This document shows positions 62,692 through 64,000 of a DNA stretch of 64,000 nucleotides, piece by piece. Numbering within the stretch: the stretch's first letter is position 1; every line of letters starts with the position of its first letter. The translations under genes were made by a program, and so were the position numbers. The notes under the pieces were generated by a model that had not been told where the DNA came from, ran no database searches, and worked only from the letters and a program-made list of their open reading frames with translations. The DNA lies in the NCBI GenBank assembly GCA_964234715.1, contig OZ174276.1. One strand, 5' to 3'. This DNA is from Podarcis melisellensis. Its lineage: Eukaryota.

Positions 62692-62798
62692 CTGTTCAGG
62701 TCGTGGTTGTAGCTGGGCTGTGGGGAGTGAGCAAACCCAACACCAGCCTCCCAGATGTATTCACAGCTGTCAATTGCATGGATATCCTCAGCTGTGTC
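62692..62798 (-). CDS. HID1: HID1 exon (DTAEDIHAIDSCEYIWEAGVGFAHSPQPSYNHDLNR)
   Basis: ttccag| ... AG|GTAAGA, 107 nt; the most 5' HID1 exon found in the window. Confidence 0.93.
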
Positions 62799-64000
62799 CT
62801 GGAAAAGAAGTCAGGAGATGAAAGATAAATACTCATGCAAACCGGAAGTGGGATTTACTTTGTCTTTTTACTAGCAGAGGCTCCTGCTGAATCTTCCAGC
62901 TGAATAAATGGCCAGGATAACCAAGATCTGGGTAAATACCTCCTTACGCCAATGATCTCTTGTATATAGATTAAGAGGATCTGAGAGTTTCAAGCAGCAG
63001 AGAAGCGATATAGGGCTACTAGGGATAGACCAATCAGTCTATTTCCAGTCGTTGCTGATTTACTATGTGTTGGTTCAGAAGTCCGTTGTCTGCCCTTTTC
63101 CAAAGTTTTTTAAAATCCATACAAAAACATTATGAATTCAGATACATAATTAAATACATATTTATCACAAAATAGGTGTTTAAATACACAGAGCAGGATT
63201 CAACTAATGAGTCCCATCAGGAGATGCCTGCACAAGGATTTCCACTTGTGCAATAGGGTTTCTCCTCTTTCTTCCTTCCCATGCCCTTCAAAATTGGCTC
63301 GGAGAGGTGGGAGTTGGGAGAACCCCAAAAACAACACATGGAAGGAGAGGGGGGTGTCATTCTATTTGGAAAGCTGAAATGTTTGCATTGACAGAACAAC
63401 TGCAATAGCCCAAGGTTGAATTCCTCCCACAGTTTATGCCAATGAGTGAATTTCTAATCGTCTTTAATCCTAAACCACATGTTAACAAATTTTGGTACAT
63501 TTTTGAGCCAAGAATCGTATTGCAAAACTTGGAGAAGCACGAAATCCAAAACATAGTCATGTTCCAATCTGCATATTAGCCCAGCAGACATAAGTGAAGC
63601 CACTTAAAAATGCAGAACAAACAAAATTCACTTCCGGCCTTGAATGCCACACATCGCAACACACAGCCATGCTATGTTTTGTTTTTGTAGGAACTGATGA
63701 TGTATACATTTATATTAGTTTACAATTTAGAGAGGCAGAGTTATGACAAGGTTGTTCCATTAGTGCCATAGGGCTTCCTTTCCCCATGTGCCCCTGGTAC
63801 CCACAATCACACCCACAAAGGAGATGAGGGGGGCACAGGGGGGGTGGTGAGAAAAGAGGAAGCCGTGTTGTGCAGGTGGAAGTCCTTGTGCTAATGGAAT
63901 GACTACGTTGAATATAACTGAAAATGTGTGGCTATTTTCAATCTTCTGTTTAGATGAGCACGTCACGCATCTGGGAAGCTGGCATCTGGTCCAAAAAAGC

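Larger units (their letters stand above)
44442..62798 (-). other. HID1: HID1 gene, 5'-partial (last 15 coding exons; about exons 5-19 by human numbering)
   Basis: Contiguous, phase-consistent exons from DTAEDIHAIDSCEYIWEAGVGF to PPIWYDTDVKLFEIQRV*. Confidence 0.95.

Noticed and set aside
1-64000. CRISPR arrays, operons, rRNA, snoRNA/miRNA genes, intact transposase or RT ORFs, viral inserts
   Set aside because: None recognisable by eye in this eukaryotic intron-rich DNA. An Infernal/Rfam scan would be needed to exclude small ncRNAs.

Overview
Vertebrate genomic DNA from a squamate reptile, probably a lacertid lizard (inferred from Sauria/Squam1-type SINEs, a BovB 3' end and a Penelope remnant). 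It is the conserved USH1G-OTOP2-OTOP3-HID1 block. USH1G/SANS is on the - strand (3 coding exons, 13815->1210, 466 aa). OTOP2 is on the + strand, divergent from USH1G (6 coding exons, 17033-24077, 598 aa). OTOP3 is on the + strand (6 coding exons, 31605-39034, 605 aa). HID1 is on the - strand, convergent with OTOP3; its last 15 coding exons are here (62798->44442) and its 5' exons lie beyond the window. All exon boundaries were read from splice sites and checked for phase. Introns and intergenic DNA contain SINEs, LINE fragments, TA- and 8-bp-TSD MITEs and microsatellites. I found no wholly new gene system. The best leads are: (1) a USH1G C-terminus that gives the same PDZ-binding motif with or without splicing of the last intron; (2) a GC-AG intron that OTOP3 needs to stay in frame; (3) a His->Pro change in a conserved OTOP2 helix; (4) an in-frame, stop-free HID1 intron that encodes a hydrophobic peptide; (5) a Penelope/hammerhead-ribozyme remnant; (6) candidate CTCF, RFX and homeodomain sites. 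Gene identities and exon numbers rely on recalled vertebrate orthologues, not on a database search.
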